Shown here: piece after piece, positions 1 to 13,900 of the stretch | Numbering within the stretch: the stretch's first letter is position 1 | How the letters are laid out: each line of letters begins with the position of its first letter | Source: Eledone cirrhosa | Lineage: Eukaryota | Length of the DNA stretch: 64,000 nucleotides | Direction: 5' to 3' | NCBI GenBank assembly: GCA_964016885.1 | Contig: OZ024740.1 | Coordinates: 318,494,001-318,558,000, forward strand | The notes under the pieces: generated by a model | The model's input: the letters and a program-made list of their open reading frames with translations, nothing else | Databases searched by the model: none | Told to the model about the DNA's origin: nothing | Program-made: the position numbers and the translations under genes

Positions 1-3000
1 CTACTACAATACTCACAACAAATAATCCAGGATTGTCTCGTCTATTTCCACAACTTACGTTCTATGTGACATTCTAATGACTCTACCAATTCGAAGTCTT
101 TGTACTACAATACTAACAACAAATAATGCAGGATTGTCTCGTCTATTTCCACAACTTACATTCTATCTGACATTCGAACGACTCTACGAATTCGAAGTCT
201 TTCTACTACAATACTCACAACAAATAATCCAGGATTGTCTCGTCTATTTCCACAACTTACATTCTATCTGACATTCAAACGACTCTATCAATTCGAAGTC
301 TTTCTACTACAATACTAACGTCAAATAATCCAGGATTGTCTCCTCTATTTCCACACCTTACATTCTATCTGACATTCTAACGACTCTACCAATTCGATGT
401 CTTTCTACTACAATACTCACAACAAATAATCCAGGATTGTATCGTCTATTTCTACGACTTACATTCTATCTGACATTCTAAGGACTCTACCAATTCGGAG
501 TCTTTCTGCTACAATACTCACAACAAATAATCCAGGATTGCCTTGTCTATTTCCACACCTTACATTCTATCTGACATTCTAACGACTCTACCAATTCTCT
601 GTATTTCTACTACAATACTAACTTCAAATAATCGAGGATTGTCTCGTCTATTTCCACAACTTACATTCTATCTGACATTCTAACGACTCTACCAATTTGT
701 AGTATTTCTACTACAATACTAACAACAAATAATCCAGGATTTCCCGTCTATTTCCACAAGTTACATTCTATCTGACATTCGAACGACTCTACCAATTCGA
801 AGTCTTTCTACTACAATACTCACATCAAATAATCCTGGATTGTCTCGTCTATTTCCACACCTTACATTCTATCTCAGTTTCTAACGAGTCTACCAATTCG
901 CTGTATTTCTACTACAATACTCACAACAAATAATCCAGGATTGTATCGTCTATTTCTACGACTTACATTCTATCTGACATACTAACGACTCTACCAATTC
1001 GAAGTCTTTCTACTACAATACTAACTTTAAACAATCCATGATTGTCTCCTCTATTTCCACAACTTACATTCTATCTGACATTATAACGACTCTACCAATT
1101 CGAAGTCTTTCTACTACAATATTAACGTCAAATAATCCAGGATTGTCTCCTCTATTTCCACAACTTACATTATACCTGACATTCTAACGACTCTACCAAT
1201 TCTCTGTATTTCTACTACAATACTAACTTTAAACAATCCAGGATTGTCTCCTCTATTTCCACAACTTACATTCTATCTGACATTCTAACGACTCTACCAA
1301 TTCGATGTCTTTCTACTACAATACTCACAACAAATAATCCAGGATTGTATCGTCTATTTCTACGACTTACATTCTATCTGACATTCTAACGACTCTACCA
1401 ATTCGGAGTCTTTCTGCTACAATACTCACAACAAATAATCCAGGATTGCCTTGTCTATTTCCACACCTTACATTCTATCTGACATTCTAACGACTCTACC
1501 AATTCGCTGTATTTCTACTACAATACTAACTTCAAATAATCCCGGATTGTCTCGACTATTTCCACAACTTACATTCTATTTGATATTCTAACGACTCTAC
1601 CAATTTGAAGTATTTCTACTACAATACTAACAACAAATAATCCAGGATTTCCCGTCTATTTCCACAACTTACATTCTATCTGACATTCGAACGACTCTAC
1701 CAATTCGAAGTCTTTCTACTACAATACTCACATCAAATAATCCTGGATTGTCTCGTCTATTTCCACACCTTACATTCTATTTCAGTTTCTAACGAGTCTA
1801 CCAATTCGCTGTATTTCTACTACAATACTCACAACAAATAATCCAGGATTGTATCGTCTATTTCTACGACTTACATTCTATCTGACATACTAACGACTCT
1901 ACCAATTCGAAGTCTTTCTACTACAATACTAACATTAAACAATCCATGATTGTCTCCTCTATTTCCACAACTTACATTCTTTCTGACATTCTAACAACAC
2001 TACCAATTCGCTGTATTTTTACTACAATACTAACTTCAAATAATCCCGGATTGTCTCATCTACTTCCACAACTTACATTCTATCTGATATTCGAACGACT
2101 CTACCAATTCGAAGTCTTTCTACTACGATACTCACAACAAATAATCCAGGATTGTCTCGTCTATTTCCACAACTTACGTTCTATGTGACATTCTAACGAC
2201 TCTACCAATTCGAAGTCTTTCTACTAGAATACTCACAACAAATAATCCAGGATTGTATCGTCTATTTCCACAACTTACGTTCTATGTGACATTCTAATGA
2301 CTCTACCAATTCGAAGTCTTTGTACTACAATACTAACAACAAATAATGCAGGATTGTCTCGTCTAGTTCCACAACTTACATTCTATCTGACATTCTAACG
2401 ACTCTACGAATTCGAAGTCTTTCTACTACAATACTCACAACAAATAATCCAGGATTGTCTCGTCTATTTCCACAACTTACATTCTATCTGACATTCAAAC
2501 GACTCTATCAATTCGAAGTCTTTCTACTACAATACTAACGTCAAATAATCCAGGATTGTCTCCTCTATTTCCACAACTTACATTCTATCTGACATTCTAA
2601 CGACTCTACCAATTCGATGTCTTTCTACTACAATACTCACAACAAATAATCCAGGATTGTATCGTCTATTTCTACGACTTACATTCTATCTGACATTCTA
2701 ACGACTCTACCAATTCGGAGTCTTTCTGCTACAATACTCACAACAAATAATCCAGGATTGCCTTGTCTATTTCCACACCTTACATTCTATCTGACATTCT
2801 AACGACTCTACCAATTCTCTGTATTTCTACTACAATACTAACTTCAAATAATCGAGGATTGTCTCGTCTATTTCCACAACTTACATTCTATCTGATATTC
2901 TAACGACTCTACCAATTCGAAGTCTTTCTACTACAATACTAACTTTAAACAATCCAGGATTGTCTCCTCTATTTCCACAACTTACATTCTATCTGACATT

Positions 3001-6000
3001 CGAACGACTTTACCAATTCGAAGTCTTTCTACTACAATACTCACATCAAATAATCCTGGATTGTCTCGTCTATTTCCACACCTTACATTCTATCTCAGTT
3101 TCTAACGAGTCTACCAATTCGCTGTATTTCTACTACAATACTCACAACAAATAATCCAGGATTGTATCGTCTATTTTTACGACTTACATTCTATCTGACA
3201 TACTAACGACTCTACCAATTCGAAGTCTTTCTACTACAATACTAACTTTAAACAATCCATGATTGTCTCCTCTATTTCCACAACTTACATTCTATCTGAC
3301 ATTCTAATGACTCTACCAATTCGAAGTCTTTCTACTACAATACTCACAACAAATAATCCAGGATTGTATCGTCAATTTCCACAACTTACATTCTTTCTGA
3401 CATTCTAACTACTCTACCAATTCGCTGTATTTTTACTACAATACTAACTTCAAATAATCCCGGATTGTCTCATCTACTTCCACAACTTACATTCTATCTG
3501 ATATTCGAACGACTCTACCAATTCGAAGTCTTTCTACTACAATACTCACAACAAATAATCCAGGATTGTCTCGTCTATTTCCACAACTTACGTTCTATGT
3601 GACATTCTAACGACTCTACCAATTCGAAGTCTTTCTACTAGAATACTCACAACAAATAATCCAGGATTGTCTCGTCTATTTCCACAACTTACGTTCTATG
3701 TGACATTCTAATGACTCTACCAATTCGAAGTCTTTGTACTACAATACTAACAACAAATAATGCAGGATTGTCTCGTCTATTTCCACAACTTACATTCTAT
3801 CTGACATTCTAACGACTCTACGAATTCGAAGTCTTTCTACTACAATACTCACAACAAATAATCCAGGATTGTCTCATCTATTTCCACAACTTACATTCTA
3901 TCTGACATTCAAACGACTCTATCAATTCGAAGTCTTTCTACTACAATACTAACGTCAAATAATCCAGGATTGTCTCCTCTATTTCCACAACTTACATTCT
4001 ATCTGACATTCTAACGACTCTACCAATTCGATGTCTTTCTACTACAATACTCACAACAAATAATATCGTCTATTTCTACGACTTACATTCTATCTGACAT
4101 TCTAACGACTCTACCAATTCGGAGTCTTTCTGGTACAATACTCACAACAAATAATCCAGGATTGCCTTGTCTATTTCCACACCTTACATTCTATCTGACA
4201 TTCTAACGACTCTACCAATTCTCTGTATTTCTACTACAATACTAACTTCCAATAATCGAGGATTGTCTCGTCTATTTCCACAACTTACATTCTATCTGAC
4301 ATTCTAACGACTCTACCAATTCGAAGTGTTTCTACTACAATACTCACAACAAATAATCCAGGATTGCCTTGTCTATTTCCACACCTTACATTCTATCTGA
4401 CATCCTAACGACTCTACCAATTCTCTGTATTTCTACTACAATACTAACTTCAAATAATCCAGGATTGTCTCGTCTACTTCCACAACTTACATTGTATCTG
4501 ATATTCTAACGACTCTACCAATTCGAAGTGTTTCTACTACAATACTCACAACAAATAATCCAGGATTGTCTCGTCTATTTCCACAACTTACATTCTATCT
4601 GACATTCTAATGACTCTACCAATTCGCTGTCTTTCTACTACAATACTCACAACAAATAATCCAGGATTGTCCCGTCTATTTCCACAACTTACATTCTATC
4701 TGACATTTTAACGACTCTACCAATTCGAAGTCTTTCTACTACAATATTAACGTCAAATAATCCAGGATTGTCTCCTCTATTTCCACAACTTACATTATAC
4801 CTGACATTCTAACGACTCTACCAATTCTCTGTATTTCTACTACAATCCTAACTTTAAACAATCCAGGATTGTCTCCTCTATTTCCACAACTTACATTCTA
4901 TCTGACATTCTAACGACTCTACCAATTCGATGTCTTTCTACTACAATACTCACAACAAATAATCCAGGATTGTATCGTCTATTTCTACGACTTACATTCT
5001 ATCTGACATTCTAACGACTCTACCAATTCTCTGTATTTCTACTACAATACTAACTTCAAATAATCGAGGATTGTCTCGTCTATTTACACAACTTACATTC
5101 TATCTGATATTCTAACGACTCTACCAATTCGAAGTCTTTCTACTACAATACTAACTTTAAACAATCCAGGATTGTCTCCTCTATTTCCACAACTTACATT
5201 CTATCTGACATTCGAACGACTCTACCAATTCGAAGTCTTTCTACTACAATACTCACATCAAATAATCCTGGATTGTCTCGTCTATTTCCACACCTTACAT
5301 TCTATCTCAGTTTCTAACGAGTCTACCAATTCGCTGTATTTCTACTACAATACTCACAACAAATAATCCAGGATTGTATCGTCTATTTTTACGACTTATA
5401 TTCTATCTGACATACTAACGACTCTACCAATTCGAAGTCTTTCTACTACAATACTAACTTTAAACAATCCATGATTGCCTCCTCTATTTCCACAACTTAC
5501 ATTCTATCTGACATTCTAATGACTCTACCAATTCGAAGTCTTTCTACTACAATACTCACAACAAATAATCCAGGATTGTATCGTCTATTTCCACAACTTA
5601 CATTCTTTCTGACATTCTAACTACTCTACCAATTCGCTGTATTTTTACTACAATACTAACTTCAAATAATCCCGGATTGTCTCATCTACTTCCACAACTT
5701 ACATTCTATCTGATATTCGAACGACTCTACCAATTCGAAGTCTTTCTACTACAATACTCACAACAAATAATCCAGGATTGTCTCGTCAATTTCCACAACT
5801 TACGTTCTATGTAACATTCTAACGACTCTACCAATTCGAAGTCTTTCTACTACAATACTCACAACAAATAATCCAGGATTGTCTCGTCTATTTCCACAAC
5901 TTACGTTCTATGTGACATTGTAATGACTCTACCAATTCGAAGTCTTTGTACTACAATACTAACAACAAATTATGCAGGATTGTCTCGTCTATTTCCACAA

Positions 6001-9000
6001 CTTACATTCTATCTGACATTCTAACGACTCTACGAATTCGAAGTCTTTCTACTACAATACTCACAACAAATAATCCAGGATTGTCTCGTCTATTTCCACA
6101 ACTTACATTCTATCTGACATTCAAACGACTCTACCAATTCGAAGTGTTTCTACTACAATACTCACAACAAATAATCCAGGATTGTCTCATCTATTTCCGC
6201 ACCTTACATTCTATCTGACATTCTAACGACTCTACCCATTCGCTCTATTTCTACTACAATACTAACTTCAAATAATCCAGGATTGTCTCGTCTTCTTCCA
6301 CAACTTACATTGTATCTGATATTCTAACGACTCTACCAATTCGAAGTCTTTCTACTACAATACTCACAACAAATAATCCAGGATTGTCCCGTCTATTTCC
6401 ACAACTTACATTCTATCTGACATTTTAACGACTCTACCAATTCGAAGTCTTTCTACTACAATATTAACGTCAAATAATCCAGGATTGTCTCCTCTATTTC
6501 CACAACTTACATTCTACCTGACATTCTAACGACTCTACCAATTCTCTGTATTTCTACTACAATACTAACTTTAAACAATCCAGGATTGTCTCCTCTATTT
6601 CCACAACTTACATTCTATCTGACATTCTAACGACTCTACCAGTTCGCTGTATTTCTACTACAATACTCACAACAAATAATCCAGGATTGTCTCGTCTATT
6701 TCCACAACTTACATTCTTTCTGACATTCTAATGACTCTACCAATTCGATGTCTTTCTACTACAATACTCACAACAAATAATCCAGGATTGTATCGTCTAT
6801 TTCTACGACTTACATTCTATCTGACATTCTAACGACTCTACCAATTCGGAGTCTTTCTGCTACAATACTCACAACAAATAATCCAGGATTGCCTTGTCTA
6901 TTTCCACACCTTACATTCTATCTGACATTCTAACGACTCTACCAATTCGCTGTATTTCTACTACAATACTAACTTCAAATAATCCCGGATTGTCTCGACT
7001 ATTTCCACAACTTACATTCTATTTGATATTCTAACGACTCTACCAATTTGAAGTATTTCTACTACAATACTAACAACAAATAATCCAGGATTTCCCGTCT
7101 ATTTCCACAACTTACATTCTATCTGACATTCGAACGACTCTACCAATTCGAAGTCTTTCTACTACAATACTCACATCAAATAATCCTGGATTGTCTCGTC
7201 TATTTCCACACCTTACATTCTATCTCAGTTTCTAACGAGTCTACCAATTCGCTGTATTTCTACTACAATACTCACAACAAATAATCCAGGATTGTCCCGT
7301 CTATTTCCACAACTTACATTCTATCTGACATTTTAACGACTCTACCAATTCGAAGTCTTTCTACTACAATATTAACGTCAAATAATCCAGGATTGTCTCC
7401 TCTATTTCCACAACTTACATTCTACCTGACATTCTAACGACTCTACCAATTCTCTGTATTTCTACTACAATACTAACTTTAAACAATCCAGGATTGTCTC
7501 CTCTATTTCCACAACTTACATTCTATCTGACATTCTAACGACTCTACCAATTCGATGTCTTTCTACTACAATACTCACAACAAATAATCCAGAATTGTAT
7601 CGTCTATTTCTACGACTTACATTCTATCTGACATTCTAACGACTCTACCAATTCGGAGTCTTTCTGCTACAATACTCACAACAAATAATCCAGGATTGCC
7701 TTGTCTATTTCCACACCTTACATTCTATCTGACATTCTAACGACTCTACCAATTCGCTGTATTTCTACTACAATACTAACTTCAAATAATCCCGGATTGT
7801 CTCGACTATTTCCACAACTTACATTCTATTTGATATTCTAACGACTCTACCAATTTGAAGTATTTCTACTACAATACTAACAACAAATAATCCAGGATTT
7901 CCCGTCTATTTCCACAACTTACATTCTATCTGACATTCGAACGTCTCTACCAATTCGAAGTCTTTCTACTACAATACTCACATCAAATAATCCTGGATTG
8001 TCTCGTCTATTTCCACACCTTACATTCTATCTCAGTTTCTAACGAGTCTACCAATTCGCTGTATTTCTACTACAATACTCACAACAAATAATCCAGGATT
8101 GTATCGTCTATTTCTACGACTTACATTCTATCTGACATACTAACGACTCTAACAATTCGAAGTCTTTCTACTACAATACTAACTTTAAACAATCCATGAT
8201 TGTCTCCTCTATTTCCACAACTTACATTCTTTCTGACATTCTAACAACACTACCAATTCGCTGTATTTTTACTACAATACTAACTTCAAATAATCCCGGA
8301 TTGTCTCATCTTCTTCCACAACTTACATTCTATCTGATATTCGAACGACTCTACCAATTCGAAGTCTTTCTACTACAATACTCACAACAAATAATCCAGG
8401 ATTGTCTCGTCTATTTCCACAACTTACGTTCTATGTGACATTCTAATGACTCTACCAATTCGAAGTCTTTGTACTACAATACTAACAACAAATAATGCAG
8501 GATTGTCTCCTCTAGTTCCACAACTTACATTCTATCTGACATTCTAACGACTCTACGAATTCGAAGTCTTTCTACTACAATACTCACAACAAATAATCCA
8601 GGATTGTCTCGTCTATTTCCACAACTTACATTCTATCTGACATTCAAACGACTCTATCAATTCGAAGTGTTTCTACTACAATACTAACGTAAAATAATCC
8701 AGGATTGTCTCCTCTATTTCCACAACTTACATTCTATCTGACATTCTAACGACTCTACCAATTCGATATCTTTCTACTACAATACTCACAACAAATAATC
8801 CAGGATTGTATCGTCTATTTCTACGACTTACATTCTATCTGACATTCTAACGACTCTACCAATTCGGAGTCTTTCTGCTACAATACTCACAACAAATAAT
8901 CCAGGATTGCCTTGTCTATTTCCACACCTTACATTGTATCTGACATTCTAACGACTCTACCAATTCTCTGTATTTCTACTACAATACTAACTTCAAATAA

Positions 9001-10900
9001 TCGAGGATTGTCTCGTCTATTTCCACAACTTACATTCTATCTGACATTCTAACGACTCTACCAATTCGAAGTGTTTCTACTACAATACTCACAACAAATA
9101 ATCCAGGATTGCCTTGTCTATTTCCACACCTTACATTCTATCTGACATTCTAACGACTCTACCAATTCTCTGTATTTCTACTACAATACTAACTTCAAAT
9201 AATCCAGGATTGTCTCGTCTACTTCCACAACTTACATTGTATCTGATATTCTAACGACTCTACCAATTCGAAGTCTTTCTACTACAATACTCACAACAAA
9301 TAATCCAGGATTGTCTCGTCTATTTCCACAACTTACATTCTATCTGACATTCTAATGACTCTACCAATTCGCTGTCTTTCTACTACAATACTCACAACAA
9401 ATAATCCAGGATTGTCCCGTCTATTTCCACAACTTACATTCTATCTGACATTCTAACGACTCTACCAATTCGAAGTCTTTCTACTAGAATACTCACAACA
9501 AATAATCCAGGATTGTCTCGTCTATTTCCACAACTTACGTTCTATGTGACATTCTAATGACTCTACCAATTCGAAGTCTTTGTACTACAATACTAACAAC
9601 AAATAATGCAGGATTGTCTCGTCTAGTTCCACAACTTACATTCTATCTGACATTCTAACGACTCTACGAATTCGAAGTCTTTCTACTACAATACTCACAA
9701 CAAATAATCCAGGATTGTCTCGTCTATTTCCACAACTTACATTCTATCTGACATTCAAACGACTCTATCAATTCGAAGTCTTTCTACTACAATACTAACG
9801 TCAAATAATCCAGGATTGTCTCCTCTATTTCCACAACTTACATTCTATCTGACATTCTAACGACTCTACCAATTCGATGTCTTTCTACTACAATACTCAC
9901 AACAAATAATCCAGGATTGTATCGTCTATTTCTACGACTTACATTCTATCTGACATTCTAACGACTCTACCAATTCGGAGTCTTTCTGCTACAATACTCA
10001 CAACAAATAATCCAGGATTGCCTTGTCTAATTCCACACCTTACATTCTATCTGACATTCTAACGACTCTACCAATTCTCTGTATTTCTACTACAATACTA
10101 ACTTCAAATAATCGAGGATTGTCTCGTCTACTTCCACAACTTACATTGTATCTGATATTCTAACGACTCTACCAATTCGAAGTCTTTCTACTACAATACT
10201 CACAACAAATAATCCAGGATTGTCTCGTCTATTTCCACAACTTACATTCTATCTGACATTCTAATGACTCTACCAACTCGCTGTCTTTCTACTACAATAC
10301 TCACAACAAATAATCCAGGATTGTCCCGTCTATTTCCACAACTTACATTCTACCTGACATTCTAACGACTCTACCAATTCTCTGTATTTCTACTACAATA
10401 CTAACTTTAAACAATCCAGGATTGTCTCCTCTATTTCCACAACTTACATTCTATCTGACATTCTAACGACTCTACCAATTCGATGTCTTTCTACTACAAT
10501 ACTCACAACAAATAATCCAGGATTGTATCGTCTATTTCTACGACTTACATTCTATCTGACATTCTAACGACTCTACCAATTCGGAGTCTTTCTGCTACAA
10601 TACTCACAACAAATAATCCAGGATTGCCTTGTCTATTTCCACACCTTACATTCTATCTGACATTCTAACGACTCTACCAATTCTCTGTATTTCTACTACA
10701 ATACTAACTTCAAATAATCGAGGATTGTCTCGTCTATTTCCACAACTTACATTCTATCTGATATTCGAACGACTCTACCATTTCGAAGTCTTTCTACTAC
10801 AATACTCACAACAAATAATCCAGGATTGTCTCGTCTATTTCCACAACTTACATTCTATCTGACATTCAAACGACTCTATCAATTCGAAGTCTTTCTACTA
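1..10900. repeat. Array domain A: variant subfamily with irregular HORs (11-25 monomers)
   Basis: Diagnostic variants are tttGtactac/aataatGcagg, ttcGGagtctttctGc, gattgcCTtgtc, cacaTcaaataatccTgg and tctcagtttctaacgag. The 'atgcagg' marker recurs at 121, 2341, 3755, 5967, 8490 and 9601 (22, 14, 22, 25, 11 monomers) and I did not see it afterwards. The right boundary is approximate. Confidence 0.8.
24..34. other. Dyad AATCC-A-GGATT present once per monomer (first instance given)
   Basis: AATCC and GGATT are exact reverse complements around a central A. In tttaaaCaatcc monomers the dyad extends to ACAATCC-A-GGATTGT (e.g. 1233-1247). Confidence 0.85.
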
Positions 10901-13900
10901 CAATACTAACGTCAAATAATCCAGGATTGTCTCGTCCATTTCCACAACTTACATTCTATCTGACATTCTAACGACTCTACCAATTCGAAGTCTATCTATT
11001 ACAATACTAACAACAAATAATCTAGGATTGTCTCGTCTATTTCCACAACTTACATTCTATCTGACATTCTAACGACTCTACCAATTCGAAGTCTTTCTAC
11101 TACCATACTCACAACAAATAATCCAGGATTGTCTCATCTATTTCCACACCTTACATTCTATCTGACATTCTAACGACTCTACCCATTCGCTGTATTTCTA
11201 CTACAATACTAACTTCAAATAATCCAGTATTGTCTCGTCTATCTCCACACCTTACATTCTATCTGACATTCTAACGACTCTACCAGTTCGCTGTATTTCT
11301 ACTACAATACTAACTTCAAATAATCCAGGATTGTCTCGTCTATTTCCACAACTTACATTCTATCTGATATTCTAACGACTCTACCAATTCGAAGTCTTTC
11401 TACTACAATACTCACAACAAATAATCCAGGATTGTCTCGTCTATCTCCACACCTTACATTCTATCTGACATTCTAACGACTCTACCAGTTCGCTGTATTT
11501 CAACTACAATACTAACTTCAAATAATCCAGGATTGTCTCGTCTATTTCCACAACTTACATTCTATCTGATATTCTAACGACTCTACCCATTCGCTGTATT
11601 TCTACTACAATATTAACTTCAAATAATCCATATTGTCTCGTCCATTTCCACAACTTACATTCTATCTGACATTCTAACGACTCTACCAATTCGAAGTCTA
11701 TCTATTACAATACTAACAACAAATAATCTAGGATTGTCTCGTCTATTTCCACAACTTACATTCTATCTGACATTCTAGCGACTCTACCAATTCGAAGTCT
11801 TTCTACTACAATACTCACAACAAATAATCCAGGATTGTCTCGTCTATTTCCACAACTTACATTCTATCTGACATTCAAACGACTCTATCAATTGGAAGTC
11901 TTTCTACTACAATACTAACGTCAAATAATCCAGGATTGTCTCCTCTATTTCCACAACTTACATTCTATCTGACATTCTAACGACTCTACCAATTCGATGT
12001 ATTTCTACTACAATACTCACAACAAATAATCCAGGATTGTCTCCTCTATTTCCACAACTTACATTCTATCTGACATTCTAACGACTTTACCAATTCGGAG
12101 TCTTTCTGCTACAATACTCACAACAAATAATCCAGGATTGCCTCGTCTATTTCCACACCTTACATTCTATCTGACATTCTAACGACTCTACCAATTCTCT
12201 GTATTTCTACTACAATACTAACTTCAAATAATCGAGGATTGTCTCGACTATTTCCACAACTTACATTCTATCTGATATTCTAACGACTCTACCAATTCGA
12301 AGTCTTTCTACTACAATACTAACTTTAAATAATCCAGGATTGTCTCCTCTATTTCCACAAATTACATATTATCTGAAATTCTAACGACTCTACCAATTCG
12401 ATGTCTTTCTACTACAATACTCACAACAAATAATCCAGGATTGTATAGTCTATTTCTACAACTTACATTCTATCTGACATTCTAACGACTCTACCAATTC
12501 GAAGACTTTTTGCTACAATACTCACAACAAATAATCCAGGATTGTCTCGTCTATTTCCACACCTTACATTCTATCTCACATTCTAACGACTCTACCTATT
12601 CGCTGTATTTCTACTACAATACTCACAACAAATAATCCAGCATTGTCCCGTCTATTTCCACAACTCACATTCTATCTGACATTCTAACGACTCTATCAAT
12701 TCGAAGTCTTTCTACTACAATACTAACGTCAAATAATCCAGGATCGTCTCGTCTATTTCCACAACTTACATTCTATCTGACATTCTAACGACTCTACCAA
12801 TTCGAAGTCTTTCTACTACAATACTAACAACAAATAATCTAGGATTGTCTCGTCTATCTCCACAACTTACATTTTCTCTGACATTCTAACGACTCTCCCA
12901 ATTCGAAGTCTTTCTACTACAATACTCACAACAAATAATCCAGGATTGTCTCGTCTATGTCCACAACTTACATTTTATCTGACATTCTAACGACTCTAAC
13001 GATTCGAAGTCTTTCTACTACAATACTAACAACAAATAATCTGGGATTGTCTCGTCTATTTCCACAACTTACATTCTATCTGACATTCTAAAGACTCTAC
13101 CAATTCGAAGTTTTTCTACTACAATAATCCCAACAAATAATCAAGGATTGTATCGTCTATTTCCACAACTTACATTCTATCTGACATTCTAACGACTCTA
13201 CCCATTCGCTGTATTTCTACTAGAATACTAACTGCAAATAATCCAGGATCGTTTCCTCTATTTCCACAACTTACATTCTATCTCACATTCTAACGAGTCT
13301 ACCAATTCGCTGTATTTCTACTACAATACTCACAACAAATAAACCAGGATTGTCTCGTCTATTTCCACAACTTACATTCTATCTGACATACTAACGACTC
13401 TACCAATTCGCTGTATTTCTACTACAATACTAACTTCAAATAATCCAGGATTGTCTCGTCTATTTCCACAATTTACATTCTATCTGACATTCTAACGACT
13501 CTACCAATTCGAAGTCTTTCTACTACAATACTAACTTTAAATAATCCAGGATTGTCTCCTCTATTTCCCCAACTTACATATTATCTGAAATTCTAACGAC
13601 TCTACCAATTCGATGTCTTTCTACTACAATACTCACAACAAATAATCCAGCATTGTCTCGTCTATTTCCACAACTCACATTCTATCTGACATTCTAACGA
13701 CTCTATCAATTCGAAGTCTTTCTACTACAATACTAACTTCAAATAATCCAGGATTGTCTCGTCTACTTCCACAACTTACATTGTATCTGATATTCTAACG
13801 ACTCTACCAATTCGAAGTCTTTCTACTACAATACTCACAACAAATAATCCAGGATTGTCTCGTCTATTTCGACAACTTACATTCTATCTGACATTCTAAC

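Noticed and set aside
84-100. tRNA/Pol III B-box resemblance around TTCGAA
   Set aside because: Only the TTCGA core matches GGTTCGAnnCC. There is no A-box or cloverleaf, and no similarity to 5S rRNA that I can recognise.
1-101. Assignment to a named roughly 100-bp plant or animal satellite family
   Set aside because: Similar monomer length alone is not evidence, and I cannot match the sequence from memory. A database search is required.
89-105. Possible CENP-B box starting at TTCG
   Set aside because: The canonical box needs TTCGnnnnAnnCGGG. Even the TTCGCTGTA allele lacks the CGGG half.
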